Both the position numbers and the translations under genes were made by a program. 64,000 nucleotides of DNA from a virus. Position 1 is the stretch's first letter. Every line of letters starts with the position of its first letter. Location of the stretch: positions 32,001-96,000 of IMG/VR virus record IMGVR_UViG_3300045993_000425. One strand, given 5' to 3'. Under the pieces are notes generated by a model. The model saw nothing but the letters and a program-made list of their open reading frames with translations, did no database searches and was not told where the DNA came from. Below, piece after piece: positions 63,118 to 64,000 of the stretch.

Positions 63118-64000
63118 CTACGGCAGCCCCGAGACGCGGACCAGAACCCGCTTGGTACGGGTCACGGCAACGTACTCGATGTTCGTCTCCTCCTGCCGGT
63201 CAGCGTTCTTGATGTAGAAGGTGTCGTCGAGGACATAGACAGTGTCCCGCTCCAACCCCTTCGCCTTGTGAACCGAGGAGCAGACGATGTAGCACTCAGG
63301 GGTCGCGTTGTCCGCGAACAGCCCATCCACGCGAGCCTCGATCTCCTGAATGGAGGTGGCAGCGGTGGCGATTGCATACAGACACGCCGCCTGGTCGCAG
63401 ACCTGATCGAGTTTGGCAGCCAGCTTCTTGTTGCCCGACAGCTTGGCGGTTTCCTTCTCTTCCCAAGCCTCGACCTTTGCGATGAACTCGCGAACGTCCT
63501 TCGCCTTCGCCTTCAGGTTCTTGATGACAGCCTTGAGCCCTGCCCCTATGTCGCGACCCTCCACCTTCGCAGGCTTGTTGAGGGCGAGCAGCTTGAGAGC
63601 GGTGCGAACCAGAGGTGCATTCTTGCGGGAGAGGACGAAGCTGCCGACGTTGGCATCCGCGAGCATCCCCTCGTAGTTGGTCTTGCGGACCTCGCCCTGA
63701 GGAGCCTCAGGAGCCGCCTGGTAGTCGGGAACCAGCTTGGCGGCGATCTCGACCACCAACTTGGGGCAACGGTAGGTCGTCGTCAGAGGGAGCTCCTTCG
63801 CCTTCAGTTCGACCTTGAGGCGGTCGAGGCTGCCAGAGTCGGCACCCCGAAAGCCGTAGATCGCCTGCCGGTCGTCACCGATGACCACCACCCTCCCGCC
63901 CTTCTTGACCACCTTCTGAGCGAGCAGGATCTGCGCCTCATTCATGTCCTGGCACTCATCGATGACCACCAGATCGTACCGACCATTCGCCCATCCCGGC
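63118..64000 (-). CDS. UvrD/Rep-family SF1 helicase (N-terminus outside the window)
   Basis: 'DECQD', 'GDDRQAIYGFRGAD', 'TYRCP', 'HKAKGLE', 'YVAVTR'. Confidence 0.92.
   Translation of the reverse strand, partial: PGWANGRYDLVVIDECQDMNEAQILLAQKVVKKGGRVVVIGDDRQAIYGFRGADSGSLDRLKVELKAKELPLTTTYRCPKLVVEIAAKLVPDYQAAPEAPQGEVRKTNYEGMLADANVGSFVLSRKNAPLVRTALKLLALNKPAKVEGRDIGAGLKAVIKNLKAKAKDVREFIAKVEAWEEKETAKLSGNKKLAAKLDQVCDQAACLYAIATAATSIQEIEARVDGLFADNATPECYIVCSSVHKAKGLERDTVYVLDDTFYIKNADRQEETNIEYVAVTRTKRVLVRVSGLP

Larger units (their letters stand above)
1..64000. mobile_element. Segment of a large temperate-capable myovirus genome (free/unintegrated form)
   Basis: Sheath, tube, tape measure and baseplate genes; phage-type nucleotide and RNA-repair genes; integrase with intact attP; no host housekeeping operons. 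Confidence 0.93.

Noticed and set aside
1-64000. Stop-codon reassignment (alternative genetic code)
   Set aside because: Long genes are intact in the standard code, TAG/TGA/TAA all end well-defined genes, and no suppressor tRNA is present

Overview
This window is a 64-kb segment of a large, probably jumbo-class, contractile-tailed phage (myovirus); no host chromosomal genes are visible. Minus-strand late genes encode the baseplate (including a >1850-aa gpJ/gp6-like wedge with Kelch repeats that is missing from the ORF track), spike, hub, tape measure, chaperones, tube, sheath, neck and putative internal head proteins, fibre/decoration proteins and lysis-like genes. They are interleaved with plus-strand early islands under sigma70-like, often leaderless, promoters. 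The right third carries a deoxyribonucleotidase, DNA ligase, tmRNA, tRNA-Tyr, intein-split ThyX, xis/int with an intact attP, tRNA-Leu(CAA), a kinase, a deaminase and a UvrD helicase. The tmRNA tag (ANDNVEQAAYALAA) and a sigma54 promoter suggest a Myxococcota/deltaproteobacterial host. Main highlights: (1) the attP core is only the tRNA-Leu(CAA) anticodon arm, and a phage-borne replacement tRNA-Leu(CAA) with a different anticodon stem lies about 540 bp away; (2) a cluster of virion-appendage-like proteins carries Sec signal peptides and paired cysteines and surrounds holin/u-spanin-like genes; (3) a YAATCT motif precedes nearly every late unit and the tmRNA; (4) putative head proteins with repeated LxK(S/A) motifs carry SAM-lyase-like and degenerate mCpol-like domains; (5) an unclassified pseudoknotted RNA lies between the tmRNA and tRNA-Tyr; (6) two inteins have non-LAGLIDADG endonucleases, one in a morphogenesis gene. 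All family assignments come from motif recognition by eye, not database searches.
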